DNA from: a virus
Length of the DNA: 64,000 nucleotides
Virus record (IMG/VR): IMGVR_UViG_3300021197_001995
Location: 32,001-96,000 of that record
Strand: one strand, 5' to 3'
The notes beneath the pieces are model-generated. The model ran no database searches. It had not been told where the DNA came from and worked only from the letters and a program-made list of their open reading frames with translations. This document shows positions 1-13,200 of this stretch, one piece after another (position 1 is the stretch's first letter; each line of letters begins with the position of its first letter). Made by a program: the position numbers and the translations under genes.

Positions 1-58
1 ACCAAATGATTAGAAGTTATTTTGAAATGCTCTATTTATTAAAGAGAGGTGTTGAAAA

Positions 59-586
59 GTGACTTCCGGAATAAAAGCTTTAACTGAAAAATCAAAATCA
101 AAAAAGGCAAACTCTAAATATCAGCCGACTTTTCCACTGGATTATGATGGGAACAACGGGCCTTATAGGTCTGTTGACTCACTGGTAGAATCCCTGCAGA
201 GAAACTTTGAGATCCTTTTGTTAACGCACCCTGGCTCTTGGCCAATGAATCCCGCCATGGGAATCGGATTGGAGTCTTATTTGTTTGAATCACACAATAC
301 TGGAATTTTGCTAGGCCTGCAGGCAAAAATAACAAGTCAACTTGCAATGTTCCTGCCAAGTGTGCAATTAATGAAAGTAGAACTTCTATCTACTGAAGAT
401 CAGAGGGATAGTAGCTTTATGAACGTAAGATTAATTTATTCTATACTTGGAAAGACCACAGCCAGCTCTACAACAAGTCGCGATAGTTCTGGAGACATCA
501 ACCTAGAAACAGGGCTTCTAGATAAAGACGCGTCATCGTTCCGCGACCGCGCAACAAAGCTGCAAAGTCACATGACAGAGATATAA
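59..586 (+). CDS. Baseplate wedge subunit, gp25-like (GPW_gp25 family)
   Basis: LLLTHPGSWPMNPAMGIGLESYLFE matches the gp25 LxTxxGERxxxPxFG motif; lies directly before a gp6-like gene; GTG start after GAGG. Confidence 0.8.
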   Translation: MTSGIKALTEKSKSKKANSKYQPTFPLDYDGNNGPYRSVDSLVESLQRNFEILLLTHPGSWPMNPAMGIGLESYLFESHNTGILLGLQAKITSQLAMFLPSVQLMKVELLSTEDQRDSSFMNVRLIYSILGKTTASSTTSRDSSGDINLETGLLDKDASSFRDRATKLQSHMTEI

Positions 587-612
587 AAGAATGAAGATTG
601 GAGAAAACTAGA

Positions 613-2418
613 ATGTCAAAAAACAACAAAAGAGGCTCTTCGGATACCAATTTCGCAAATGTAACGTTTGATGAGATAAAAGAAAGGCTGGTAAACAGAG
701 CAAAAATCTACTATCCAGACACTTATAAAGATTTTAACGAATCCAGCTTCGGATCAATGATGATCGACTTAATCTCCCTTGTGGGAGAGCAATTAAACTT
801 CTATACTCAATTTGTAGCGAATGAAAATTACATCTCATCAACTAGAACAGTTCAAGGAATGACGGCCGCGGCCAACCGTGAAGGGATACAGATCTCAAAC
901 AACTACACTAGTGTGGGAACGGTCAACTTTTACGCGCGAATCCCGGCAGATTCAATCATGTCTGGACCGGACAAATCTTATCAATTCACGCTTCTCCGCG
1001 GCGCCATAGTCGCTAACGATTCTGGCGGAGTGTTCACGGTCTCAGAAGACGTGATAGTTGACACTAACACCGACAACATAATAGGTACAGAATATACAGA
1101 TGATGGGTCTAGAATAACATACTATGTCTACGAGATCGAAGTGCCAGTTGTATCTGGAGAAGAAAGAACATTTACTGCCGACATAGGAACTTATAGGAAA
1201 TTTTTGAAACTTGAAGTGAAAGATGACACTGTAAGTTCTATTCTGAGCGTCGTGGATTCTAACGGCAATGAATTCTTTGAGGTCCCAAACCTGAGCCACG
1301 ATGTCGTTTACAAAGAGGTGTTAGACAGGAAGAACAACGACCCAAACACGCCATCTAGGTTAGTACCGACTCCTGCCCCTAGAAGGTTTGAAGTTAGGTT
1401 TGAGGGGGATAGGACATTTTTAGTATTCGGATTCGGATCCGAGAGCACTCTCAAGGTAAAGGGGGTGGCCAACCCTAGTGATCTGGCCCTCGACAGATCA
1501 GGGAGAAGTTATGTCTCTGACACCGCATTCGATCCTTCGAAATTATTATCTAGTAATAAGTTCGGGGTATCACCACAAAACACGACCCTGACGATTGTTT
1601 ATAGATCTAACACTTCGGAAAACTCAAACGCCGCAGCTAACACAATAAAAAATGTGGTCTCCGCGGAGTTGTTATTCAACTCAGAAGAAACGCTTGATAA
1701 AGCAAAGCTGAGCCACATTAGATCTTCAATGGCCTGCACTAATCTTGAGGCTATAAATGGATCCCTGACTTTTAACTCAACTCAAGAAATTGCAGAAACC
1801 ATACGTTCCGCCAGAGGCTCCCGCGGCCGCGCTGTCACTTTGCAAGATTACACAGCTATGTGCTACACTATGCCCTCAAAATTCGGATCAGTGTACAGAG
1901 TCTCTATACTTAAAGATGACAATGACTTGAAGAGGAACTTAAACCTTTTCGCAATAAGCCAAAGCAAGGACGGATTCCTCCAGGCGCCAAGCAAGGTTTT
2001 GAAAGAAAACCTAAAAAGGTGGTTAAATGTAGGAAGGATGGTTTCAGACACAATAGATATCTTTCCTGCAACCATACTAAACCTAGGAATTTATTTCGAC
2101 GCAGTGCTGTCGAACAGAGTCAATAAAGCCACGGCACTGTCAGAGATAAGAAGTAATCTATTTTCAGAACTTAAACTTTCAACACCACAAATCGGACAGT
2201 ACTTCTCAGTGGGAGAAATTGAGAAAATACTAAACAACATGCCAATGATTTCCAGAGTCAATAACGTAAAGATTTTACTCAAAACGGGGCAGAACTATTC
2301 AGATACAAGATTCAGTGTTTCAACTAATGTTTCCCATGACGGAAGCTTAATTTATGTCCCGTCTAATTTTATTTGGGAAGTTAAGTACGAAGAAGATATA
2401 ACAGGAAAAATAGAATAA
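613..2418 (+). CDS. Baseplate wedge subunit, gp6-like (baseplate J)
   Basis: FDEIKERL...YKDFNESSFG N-terminus, FGFG and RAVTLQDY motifs typical of T4 gp6. ATG 613 preferred (GGAG at 600); the ORF track opens at TTG 598. Confidence 0.85.
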   Translation: MSKNNKRGSSDTNFANVTFDEIKERLVNRAKIYYPDTYKDFNESSFGSMMIDLISLVGEQLNFYTQFVANENYISSTRTVQGMTAAANREGIQISNNYTSVGTVNFYARIPADSIMSGPDKSYQFTLLRGAIVANDSGGVFTVSEDVIVDTNTDNIIGTEYTDDGSRITYYVYEIEVPVVSGEERTFTADIGTYRKFLKLEVKDDTVSSILSVVDSNGNEFFEVPNLSHDVVYKEVLDRKNNDPNTPSRLVPTPAPRRFEVRFEGDRTFLVFGFGSESTLKVKGVANPSDLALDRSGRSYVSDTAFDPSKLLSSNKFGVSPQNTTLTIVYRSNTSENSNAAANTIKNVVSAELLFNSEETLDKAKLSHIRSSMACTNLEAINGSLTFNSTQEIAETIRSARGSRGRAVTLQDYTAMCYTMPSKFGSVYRVSILKDDNDLKRNLNLFAISQSKDGFLQAPSKVLKENLKRWLNVGRMVSDTIDIFPATILNLGIYFDAVLSNRVNKATALSEIRSNLFSELKLSTPQIGQYFSVGEIEKILNNMPMISRVNNVKILLKTGQNYSDTRFSVSTNVSHDGSLIYVPSNFIWEVKYEEDITGKIE

Positions 2419-4238
2419 TGTCAATTAAAAGATTTATAGCAAACAAAGATAACACAATCACGGACGCATTCAATCCCGGTAACAGAACCAGGGGCACATC
2501 GTCCAACATGGGCGCCTCGGACAGCGCGGAAATATTCTCCATTTATGCCCAAGCGAATACCAGCTCCCTCGAACGCGCACGCGCATTATTTGAATTCCCA
2601 ATCCAAGAAATCCTAACGTCAAGAAACGCAGGAAAGATCCAAGCCTCAGGGTCAGCTACTTTTAGATTAAAGATTTTCAACGTAGAGCATACGTCTACAA
2701 CTCCAGAAGACTTTAAACTCGTAGTATCTCCGCTCTTAGAACCCTGGAGCGAAGGTATCGGACTAGACATGGAAACGTATACGGACAAATATGCTTCAAA
2801 TTGGTTGTCATCCAGCCTTGCTACCGCCTGGAAATACCCGGGATCCACTCACGCGGATTCCATAAAAGAAGACTTTGCTCTTAATGCAACTAGTGAGAAT
2901 TACGAACAAACTTTCTCAACAGGCCACGAAGATTTATCTATAGATGTAACTCCGCTTGTAGAAAAATGGCTGTTACATGAAGCTGGAAACTCTATAAAGG
3001 CATCCGGATCAATACAATTAACCGGTGTCCCAACATCCGGCCACCAGATAAAGCTGTATACTTATGGGGGAGATAATCACTTGTTTCAGTTTTCGACATC
3101 ATCAGTGAACGGAGACTCACTCTCTTACGTTGAGATTGCAGCAGGAGACATACCCGCTACCAGAAACAACCTTTTGACCTCAATAAGCGCCACAAGTAAA
3201 TTTACTGGCCAGGCCGCCGCCACAGATAAAGTTATAGTAAAGCAAGTGACGAGCGGGTTTTATGGAAACACTAAGATTTCTTCTAGCGCAGGTACACCAA
3301 TAGCTGCAGTAAACTTCGCCGGCGGAACAGGAATCGTGAATTATGGTCTAGTCGCGAAGCTTTCCGGATCCGCAGAAACTGGGGCGACCAAAGCATCTTA
3401 TTACACTAAGCGTTTCTCAACCAGAAAATCAGAATTCTTCATGAAGCGCCCGGTAATAGAAGTTCAACAGTCTGTGGTCATAACAGACGACCGAGGCAAT
3501 TTAATTAAATCTTCTGTCTTGGCAGAAGAAAAAGATAATTTAAATAAAATTTATTTCTACAACTACATTAATAACTCCCTCAAGGACATACCCTCCGCGG
3601 CAATACCCAATGGACTGATCGTAAGGTTAGCCACTTCTTCAGCCGGCAGCGCGGATGTGGAATTACACGGTCCAAATACTCACGGGCGCCATGCATTGGC
3701 TACTAAGATTTCCACAGGAGTATACGAGGCCCAGTTCGGATACAGCGGCTCTGTATCAACGCTTTATGATGTTTGGCAGGTTTCAGGAAGCAACCCAGCA
3801 ATTTATACAGGTTCAGCAATGAAAGTGAATTCTTTAGCCTTTCAACAACGCAAGGGAAATCAAGATTACACAATAAATATAACCAACTTAAAACCCTCTT
3901 ACAGAGCAGACGAAGTTGAAACTTTTAGAGTGTATACTAGAAACAAAGACTGGTCACAGAATGTGTACACCAAAGCAACACAGACGGCGCCAGTAGACAC
4001 TATAAAAGAATCATTCTATAGCGTGAAGAGAGTAGCGGACAATCATGAAGTAATCTCTTACTCAACATCAAGCGCAACCGCGTATTCAAAACTATCTTAC
4101 GATGCAAGTGGTTCTTTTTTCGATTTGGATATGTCAATTCTAGAACCAAACTATTTATATGAAGTAAGCATCTTGAGCAAGCAAGATGATAGCTATGTAG
4201 AACAAAAAGAAAAGTTTAGGTTTAGAATAGATCCATGA
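2418..4238 (+). CDS. Baseplate-associated structural protein carrying one inserted repeat domain
   Basis: Translationally coupled to gp6; N-terminal DNTI...N.G...RALFEF...W.EG.G pattern resembles DNRLRE-type domains; insert at 3000-3326. Confidence 0.6.
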   Translation: MSIKRFIANKDNTITDAFNPGNRTRGTSSNMGASDSAEIFSIYAQANTSSLERARALFEFPIQEILTSRNAGKIQASGSATFRLKIFNVEHTSTTPEDFKLVVSPLLEPWSEGIGLDMETYTDKYASNWLSSSLATAWKYPGSTHADSIKEDFALNATSENYEQTFSTGHEDLSIDVTPLVEKWLLHEAGNSIKASGSIQLTGVPTSGHQIKLYTYGGDNHLFQFSTSSVNGDSLSYVEIAAGDIPATRNNLLTSISATSKFTGQAAATDKVIVKQVTSGFYGNTKISSSAGTPIAAVNFAGGTGIVNYGLVAKLSGSAETGATKASYYTKRFSTRKSEFFMKRPVIEVQQSVVITDDRGNLIKSSVLAEEKDNLNKIYFYNYINNSLKDIPSAAIPNGLIVRLATSSAGSADVELHGPNTHGRHALATKISTGVYEAQFGYSGSVSTLYDVWQVSGSNPAIYTGSAMKVNSLAFQQRKGNQDYTINITNLKPSYRADEVETFRVYTRNKDWSQNVYTKATQTAPVDTIKESFYSVKRVADNHEVISYSTSSATAYSKLSYDASGSFFDLDMSILEPNYLYEVSILSKQDDSYVEQKEKFRFRIDP

Positions 4239-7200
4239 CAGATTACAGCAAAGAAATAAGACACTTAACATCAAGAGAGAGAGAAGAGTTTTTCAAGAAG
4301 AAGAAAGTTCATTTTCACAATGAAAAGGATCGACTACTAAGTAGTGATCTTGAGAGTGATAATGAAATGAAGAAATACTCGGAATTGATCAAATCATTTA
4401 GGCCCGATGTTAAAGCAAAGCATCCTGGCACATTCTCTTTTTACGGAAGCGCAGAGCAATACTATAAAGACGCGATATATAACATACTTAATTATTATCC
4501 GTTTGATGGAACAAAAGAAGAGGTATTGAAGTGGTACCTAGAGTCACCGCAAATCGACGTCGCTCTTCTCCGGCAGTTTTGGCCAACAAGTGTCGGCCAT
4601 CTAGATTTTAAATATAGCGAATACTTGCCTTTTTATGCCGGCCCGCAGTCTATACCGGAAGCGGAGTTTTTGGGAAAATACACCAAAGGTGAAACCGCGT
4701 TAAAAATAGGGGGAGAAAAGGGGAACACTGCTGAATTTTGGCTGCAAAAAGTCGATTTCAATTCTGACACGGCGGCCCAAGAAACGATCTTTCATATAGG
4801 AACGCACCCTGGGAAGAAAAACGCGTCTGAATCGGCGAATTTCAAAGTATATCTTTCTGCGACTGCATCTGGAAATCCTTTTCATTTGACCTATAAGTCT
4901 GGTACGATAGGGGCAACAGATCTGCAGTTAAATACAAAGTCACTCACAAGACCGGCCGTCGCTGATTCTAAATGGCATCACTATGCATTCAAGATAACAG
5001 AAGAAAACACAAAATTAATAATTAAAACGTACATCGACGGCCAATTTGATGCAACAACGGAACATTCAATGGGATCAACGATGGGCACAGTTGACACCTA
5101 TATGGCTGGTGCACTCGCGGCTAACATTTCAGACACAACCGGTAATTTGTCCGGCTCATTAGACGACTTTAGATTTTGGAAAGGCGCCCGAACTGAAAAA
5201 CAAATATCTAAATTTTACGATAAAAAAGTGTACGCGTCAGACACTACTAAGTTAAACTACGACTCGCAATTGGGAGTACATTTTTCATTTAATAAAAAGC
5301 CTGTAGGTGTTAGTGATAAAGATAGTCTGGTGCTCGATTCATCCGGAAACGATGTTTTGGGTAGAATAAAAAACTACTCGACTACTTGCAGGAGGGACAC
5401 TTCTGCGATTGACCTGCACTCTGCAAGTGCAAACACAGAATCTCCCGACCCGGTTCTTGATTATGCCAATCCTCTTGTGGTGGCCTTGTCTGAAGAGTTA
5501 GAGAAGATAGGTAAATCTTATGATAAGAACAATAACAAAACCTTAAAAACCTACCTACCAGACTGGACGAAAAAAGAATCCAAAGATTCTCAGTCGCATA
5601 AAGAATTCGAGCTATTGCTTCAAATTCTGGCGACAGAATTCGATGCAATAAAAATGAAGCTCGATTCAGTAAGAAAATTAAGCGCGCCAGAGTATTCTGA
5701 AGCTTTTCACCTCTCGGACACCCAAGCAGAAGGTACAGCAAACGTCAAGATATACTCAGAGTGCGGAGATAGCATTTACTTCAACTGCGCGGACAATGAT
5801 TTGGATCATGATCTAATAGCAGGCAATGAGATCGATTTTTCAAAAAAACTCTTAGAAGATATGGGACTGGAGTTGCCGAACAACTTGCTGCTGTTTCTTG
5901 CAACGCCGGAAGAAGAAGCTCACTCTATAGTCGAAAAACAAACATTAGAAAGAAGCATCTATGAAACGCGACAATTGATGTATAAGGCTCTCGCGAACGC
6001 CTATACGTTCGCTGGTTCACGTAAGGGCGCCGAAAGCTCTTACAACTCTGTACTGAACTCTGTAGCTCTAGGTAACGAGGTCATTTCTACTAACATAATG
6101 GGCCAAAACGCAGATCTGTTTGTAACTGACGCGAAATCTGATAATATTTCTAAGGATATGAAAAGTATTTCATTCGCACAAAACCGGGATGTGACACTGT
6201 TTTTGGATAACACGCTCAGCCAAGACAGAACATTTTTAAAGGCAGACCAAGAAGAGACAGAATATACGTTTGAAGGTACTTTTATCTTTCCAACAAAATC
6301 CTCTCTAGAATACGACATTTCGTCGTCTTCAATTTTTGGATTACACCAGGTTGCTGGAACAAATGGAACCCTAACAACGTCGTCACCAGACAAGGCCAGT
6401 TTTCAGGTTTTTGTCGACAAGGAAAATGAGTCATCTTCAAGTGCAAAATTTACCTTAAAGTCAAGTTCCGGAATAATAAGCGACATAAGTACAGATCTAA
6501 TCTACAGTGTCTATGACAATCAACCATGGAACATAGCGCTTAGAATAATAAAAGAGTCAGACAGTAAATTTATGCCACAAAACGCGTCAACTGTATTCAA
6601 AGTGCAGCTTCTAGGGCACAGCTATATAGGGTCTGAGTTGGTGGAAAGTTTTAAAATAGAGTCAGAAATCACCCAGGCTCAGTTTCAAAATTTTCGACAA
6701 TCGCACAAAACTGTATTTATAGGCGCTCATAGAACAAACATAACAGGTAATCTGATAGATTCTAGTGACATCAAAGTCGTGGACTTTAACGGCTGGAAAG
6801 CTATGTTGACAGATGAGGAACTCAAATTGAGGGCCCAGAACCCTGAACGTTATGGCAGGAATCAAAGCTTTATCTCTAAGGATTTACAAAACAATAAATC
6901 AACAGCAAGAGATCTTATTTTTAGAATGTCCCCTTATGCTTTATCGGATCTAGATTCAGAAAACAAAGTTTATTTGTATGACCTTTCAGATGGCTCTGTA
7001 GAACTTAAAGAAAAATACGGAGATCTTATAGGGTCTAGGTACAACTTTAAGTCAACAGCCTTTTCTTCGGATTTGAAGAACGTAATACATCAGGAATTCA
7101 TTTCTGTTATGGAAAATACGCCCATACAGAATCTTTATGGAAAAGATGGAATTCAGATAAAATCCAACGATTTTAACAAGTTTGACGTTGACTCTCGCCC

Positions 7201-10200
7201 AGAGATAAAAATCATGTCATTTGAAAAGAGCATGTATCGATCAATCTCCAAAGAGATGATTAATTTTATTTGCGGGATATCATCATACAACAACCTCATA
7301 GGCACCCCAGTAAATAAATATAGGAAGAAGTATAAATTATTGGACCACCTGAGAGGCCAGTTCTTTGAGGGGGTCAAAAACGATAACCAGTTCGAAAGGT
7401 ACGTGAAATACTATCGATGGATTGATAAGACAATCGGTGAGTTCTTAGAGCAATTAGTACCAGCGTCCATGAGGTCAAACACTGGCATAGAAAACGTAGT
7501 GGAATCTCACACTCTTGAAAGGAATAAGTACGATCACAAAATTGTAAAGATTAACACGAAAGACTTAGACCTGTCGACTAATTTATTATCAATTAATGAG
7601 CTTTTGTATGATTGGGAACATGGTCATTATTCACCCACGGAAGCAGACCATTGTCTTTGGCATCGCGACCGCGCACCTAGAGCTACAATTAGAGAAAGTT
7701 ATCAAAAGGCCCTGACAACTGTAGTGACGGGCTCTAACCACGGCTCACACTTTAGAAACTACGCACTCCGTAACCTGGTGAAGCCGTATAAGTACGCTGC
7801 AGACAAGCAACTAGATCTAAAAGTTGGGTCAAACAGGCGCGCCAACGTAATAGAAGACCTATACAAAATCATCAACGAAGGTAAAGAGATAACTCTCAAA
7901 AGTGAAGACGTCTACGAATTCAAGAAATGTAACGATGTCTTGGATCCGAACGAGAAGAAGAAATTTACAGCAAAAGTAGATGTCTCAGGTACATCCGGCT
8001 ATCTAGACGGAGACGCAGACTTGATTTTACCTTTCAGTCTTTTTAGTTCATCCGCAGGTATCGACTTCACGGACTTCCAGCGAGGCATGATGATAACAAA
8101 CAATCATGACGACACGGCTACATTGCAGAGCCCATGGATAAGAGAGAACGTAGGAGGCATGCCTCACCGAAGAGTCAAGTTTAACAGTTTAAGTAAAGAT
8201 GCAAACGGTAAAGACAAGGATAGGCCCGAAGCATACGACATAAACAATGTCATGACTGCAGCCACCGCAACTTTCACTTTTGGGGATACTGAGTTCGATG
8301 ACACCAATAATGCTTCGATAACACTTACTGATGCTGCAGGTCTATCAAAAACTTATGTAATCCGGAATGATTATGGCGCTTCCTCTGCGCTTGAGTTTAA
8401 TGCAGGCGGCAACACGAACGCTGCAGCAGAAAATTTTATCATTCTCGTAAACAGCACCAATGGTCACAACGGAACAATTATCGCGGAGAGAACCAATGGC
8501 GCAATTACTTTGACTCAAGCTACAAAAGGACCATACGGAAATACAGCAATTGCAATCTCAAATTGGAATAACATTACAGATGTTAACGCTCCATCTAAGT
8601 TTTCTGGAGGTACCGCAACATTAAAGGTAAAGGCAAATCCTCGATCTCAATCTATGTTCCACCGAGATCTCGGAGGCGCGCGCTTCTACAACATCGCAAA
8701 CATCAAAACAGAAACATCTGGGTCTCAAACTTTAACGAGAGGAAACTACACAAAGGATTATGAAATCGTCCAAACCATGGGCCGAAACATAAATAATTCA
8801 TATTTGGTCGACATCGAAGGCGCCGGTCTTGAGGGTAATTATTCACCGTCGTCTCTCTTATCTGGAGTTGTGGACTTTTCGACAGAAAGGAACACACCTT
8901 GGCCAAGTATGTTCACGGCCTTGGCCGCCACAGCGACAGTGAAAATTACAGCAGCACCGCTCGAAGGGGAACAGATAACCATAACCTCTCTACAAGGAAC
9001 ACAAAAAACATACACAGTAGCCAACTCAGAAAATCTATCAGCCCGGAATTTTGTCAAAAGTACGTTCAAGTTAACATCTTTGAGTCTGGTATCTTGTATT
9101 AACTCTTCGCATGGTCACGATGGCGAAATTGTCGCATCTTACGACAATGACACTGAAACAATAAACCTGACCCAAAGTACTCCCGGGAAGTCCGGCAATG
9201 TATCTGTCACGCACAACTTGTCCAACACAACCGTAGTCGGATTTACAAACGGCCGCGGCGTCCAAGGAGAGGAAGTGTATGCGCCGCCTGCAAGAGCGCG
9301 AAGAGAACATGTTTTTGTTAATAGGTTTAGTCCAATTGGTACTCCGGAAACACAAGGAGTTTATGGTAGAGATAGAGTATCCGGAGAGTTCTCGATCTAT
9401 AGCACGGTTAACTACAGAAATAGAGTACACAGGGAAGTATATGACAACCTTTCACAAGAGAGATCTGAGCAATTTGGCATTAGACAAAACAGCACCACGC
9501 AGGGATCTATCCATAAGACAAACAGGAACCTTCAGAGGTTTACAGGCTCTGCAGAAACGAGCGAACTCGATTATGCTACTGCTACTTTTACTTTTGGAGA
9601 TACAGAATTTAATGATACAAACAACGCGTCAATAACCCTCATCAACGGTTCTGGGCTCTCAAAAACATATGTCATTAAGAATGATTATGGAGCTTCTGCA
9701 GCAACCGAATTTAATGCCGGCGCTAATGTCGGCGTTGCAGCGGAAAATTTCATACTCCTAGTCAACGGCGCAAACGGACACAATGGTACCATCACTGCCA
9801 CGCGCGTCGGAGGAAAAATAACCCTCACTCAGGCCCATGGTGGCCAAGAAGGAAACACAGCAATCACTGCCTCTAACTGGTCGTCTATTACGGATGTAGA
9901 CGCACCCACGGCATTCCGAGGCGGAGCGTCCCGAGGTTCTAACGCAGATAACTTCTTCGTACAGCATCAGATGCCGCAAAACGACTTCGGGTACTCTTGG
10001 ATAACAGCTTCGGCAAACGAAGATGTATATAGTTTCTTGGGCAAGAACGCTAACCATGGCCACCAGCATACATTTGAATTGTCTGGATTGCTAAAGTCTA
10101 GTCAGACAATCTCTTTCGTAGACTCTTCCCCGATCTCATCAGGCTTAGATTTTATCGGTCTGAACTCGATAGCTGAGAAAACCTTGTCTACTGACACGAA

Positions 10201-13200
10201 TTTAATTTCAACCGCGCCATCAGTGCATTTGAATAGTGTACTTTTGAACCGACAGGGTCCATATGGTTGGCCATCATGGCGCCAGATACGCGGCGGAGAC
10301 CATCCTGTAAGTCGAAAGCTTAGAAGTGACAACTTGTTTTCGATTACAACCAGAGCCACCACCGGAGGTACCAGCGTTTTCCCAGAGTCATACCCGGGCA
10401 ACAGCTTTGATCTTAGCCTCGGCACCAGCGCCGGATCGGTCTCTCGAATACCTGAATTCCCTCGTCGGCCGTATACTAATCCTAGAGAGGTATCAAATTA
10501 CAAAGAAGTTATGATCTCAAATAGGTTCAGGCCAATAAACTTTAGCATTCACTTGATGTCTGAGGATGCCTCCGTAGCCCGAGGTGCATTAAACGACATC
10601 GCTTTTATGAACTCTAGAAACACACAAGAGCTTTATCAGTCATCTTGGTTTTATGATAACTTTTTTGAATCCATAGGTGTAAGCGTTGACGGTACTAGAT
10701 CACGCCCAGAAGATTTACCAACCTTCTCTAGTAAGTTTACCATACAGAACGATTTATCAAAGTTAGCAAATCAAGAGTTGTTTGACAAAATCAGGCTAAA
10801 TGAGAGTAAATTTTACAACAACGCAAACTTGCAAAAACTTAACTTGATGATTAATAGAGTCGAAGGCGAACTGTCACTGCCCTCGATCTTGAAGGAAGTT
10901 AATTATGTGGAAAAGATTTACCCTAGGGAAGTAAACACTTTTACGTCCACCGCTCGAAACCGAAACCTATTCGACTTTTTCGGGTGGAAAACTAGTCGCG
11001 ACTCTCGATCTTTGATCCTCGACGGAAACCTAAGCTATTCTGGTTATTATGCGGTATCGGACGGTGGCATCACCAACAAGCTTTTTCCTATAATAACAAC
11101 AGCGAACCAGCAAAAGGAATTTATAAGCTCATATTTTGATAAGGTCGAATTTGTAGATTTAAATCACATAGATTCGACCGCGGACGTAGCATCCGCTGGT
11201 ATCCATATAACTTCAAGTAAGTGGGTTCTCGATGCCCGCGCGACATTCACTTCTTTGCCAACGAATGTGACTGCTTCTTATTTTACAAGTGGGTCCACCT
11301 GGATGTCGACAAGAACACAAGGGACCAGAGGAGAGGGTATTTTGCAGAACGATTATAGTATCTTCGCTTTGGGTATAAATAATCTTTACGGCGCGCCCCC
11401 AATCTCTCCATTATATAACAGAAGAATGCCACAATCGTATCAAGACAATGAATATTTGTCAGGAGAAAGTCTGTGGAGCATGGGAATTGATCATAAAATC
11501 GGGCCTTTCTATGACGAATACAAAGAATTTTCAAAAGAGTCCAGGATTGTAGGTCAGCAGTACTCTCTGGTTCCAGAATTTACCATGAGTAGATATACGG
11601 AAGATCTATTAAACACTCTAGCAGACAACAACAGTAATTTCGAGCAAGAGATTGAAAATATAGGAGATTTCTTGCAAGTAACAGGGACGACTTATCACAC
11701 GTCCTCACAAGAATTTGAGATCGGTTCAAAGTTTTTCAAGACATACTCAACTAGTGATTTTTTAAAGTACTTCGCAGACTTTGATAGAAACACTCAAAGT
11801 AACGAATTCGAGTTGAGCCCTTTCAGGCTGAACCTTAGGTGCAAGGCCGTAAAAAGATTCTTGCCATACAGAGGGTTTTATCCGGCCGAGCGAGCAGTGC
11901 AACTTTCAGAGATCTTCGCAAGGTGTTATTTGGACGATAGTTCTTACACTTATGAGGAAACACCGGGCGCCCTGAACTTGATTTCTACTTCTGCCAAGAT
12001 AAAGAATCTTCTAGACCTTAAAATACAAAATTCACGCGCCCAAGCGACTAAATTGCTTTTCGGCCCGGGCGTATTGTTCAACTCGATAAAAACCGGAATC
12101 GCGGTGGATTATCCTATTTTTTCATCGTCTAACGGGTCTTTCGACGCAAACATTATAAATTGGAGCACGCAAAATAACTACGTACCGCTCAACGACTTCT
12201 CGCAGATAAGCGCAGGCTCGATAACTTGCGTAACAGGGTCATTAGTAAACTCAACGACTGACTCTGGAATCCCAAGAATTAAGGGATCGGTCTCTAGGAG
12301 GGTTACATTTGACGACTTCCTGGAACCTCATAAAATGTTCGGCGAAAAAATATATGATAACGAACCACATCCAAGCGCCAGTTTATACTACGGCTCCAGT
12401 CTGCACTTTAGGACTCTTGAGCGTCCATTCACCTTTGGCGGATTAAATAGAGATGATACGAAGCGTTACAATGGAGTATCGTTTAATAACACTACTGCAT
12501 CTTTTTATAGGTCAATGAGGCCCTATTCTGCTGCAGCAAATAACTTCGCCTCTGAGGCAGTAGATTTCTTTTTAGAAAAAGGGGAACTTCAAACCCTAAT
12601 GTCTGACCCGGTAGAGCCTCTGTTGACAGAAAATGTTCCGTACACCATGAGAGTGTATTTGTTTAATAATCAAATCTCAATGTATGACAGGCACTCGGCC
12701 TTCGGGCCCCCGGTGCACGACGGAGACATAAACTTCACCACCTATTCTGTCACAACCTATCCGGTCGCCGCCATAGCTGCCCAGGGAAAGATAGATTTCA
12801 GCGACTTTGTGGGTATTGATGCCGAAAGTGCACTGCACAATTTGCAACTTACCTTGACAAGTACGTCCGGACTCTCAAAAACGTATAAATTTAACGGCGG
12901 TACCGCCGGTACGCAAGCGCTCGGCTCGATAAACTTCAGCCATTATGCTGAAGCCCTCGGCGCCGACAATGTATTTGACACAACAACAGTAACAATGAAG
13001 TCAACTTCCGGAAGCACAGTTAAAACTTATGTGTTTACAAGCACCTCTAGTGATGGTGCAACTGGAACCGTCAACGGCAGTTCACAGGTTATAGTGCAGA
13101 CAGATGGAATAGTAAAGTTGTCTGACACTGTAGCCCAGCTAGAAGCCGCCATAGCTCATTCGAATGGTCACAATGGAAAGATCTTGACGTCATACAACTC

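Noticed and set aside
8261-9925. Diversity-generating retroelement TR/VR pair
   Set aside because: Both repeats are coding, the differences are not confined to adenines, and no reverse transcriptase is present in the window.
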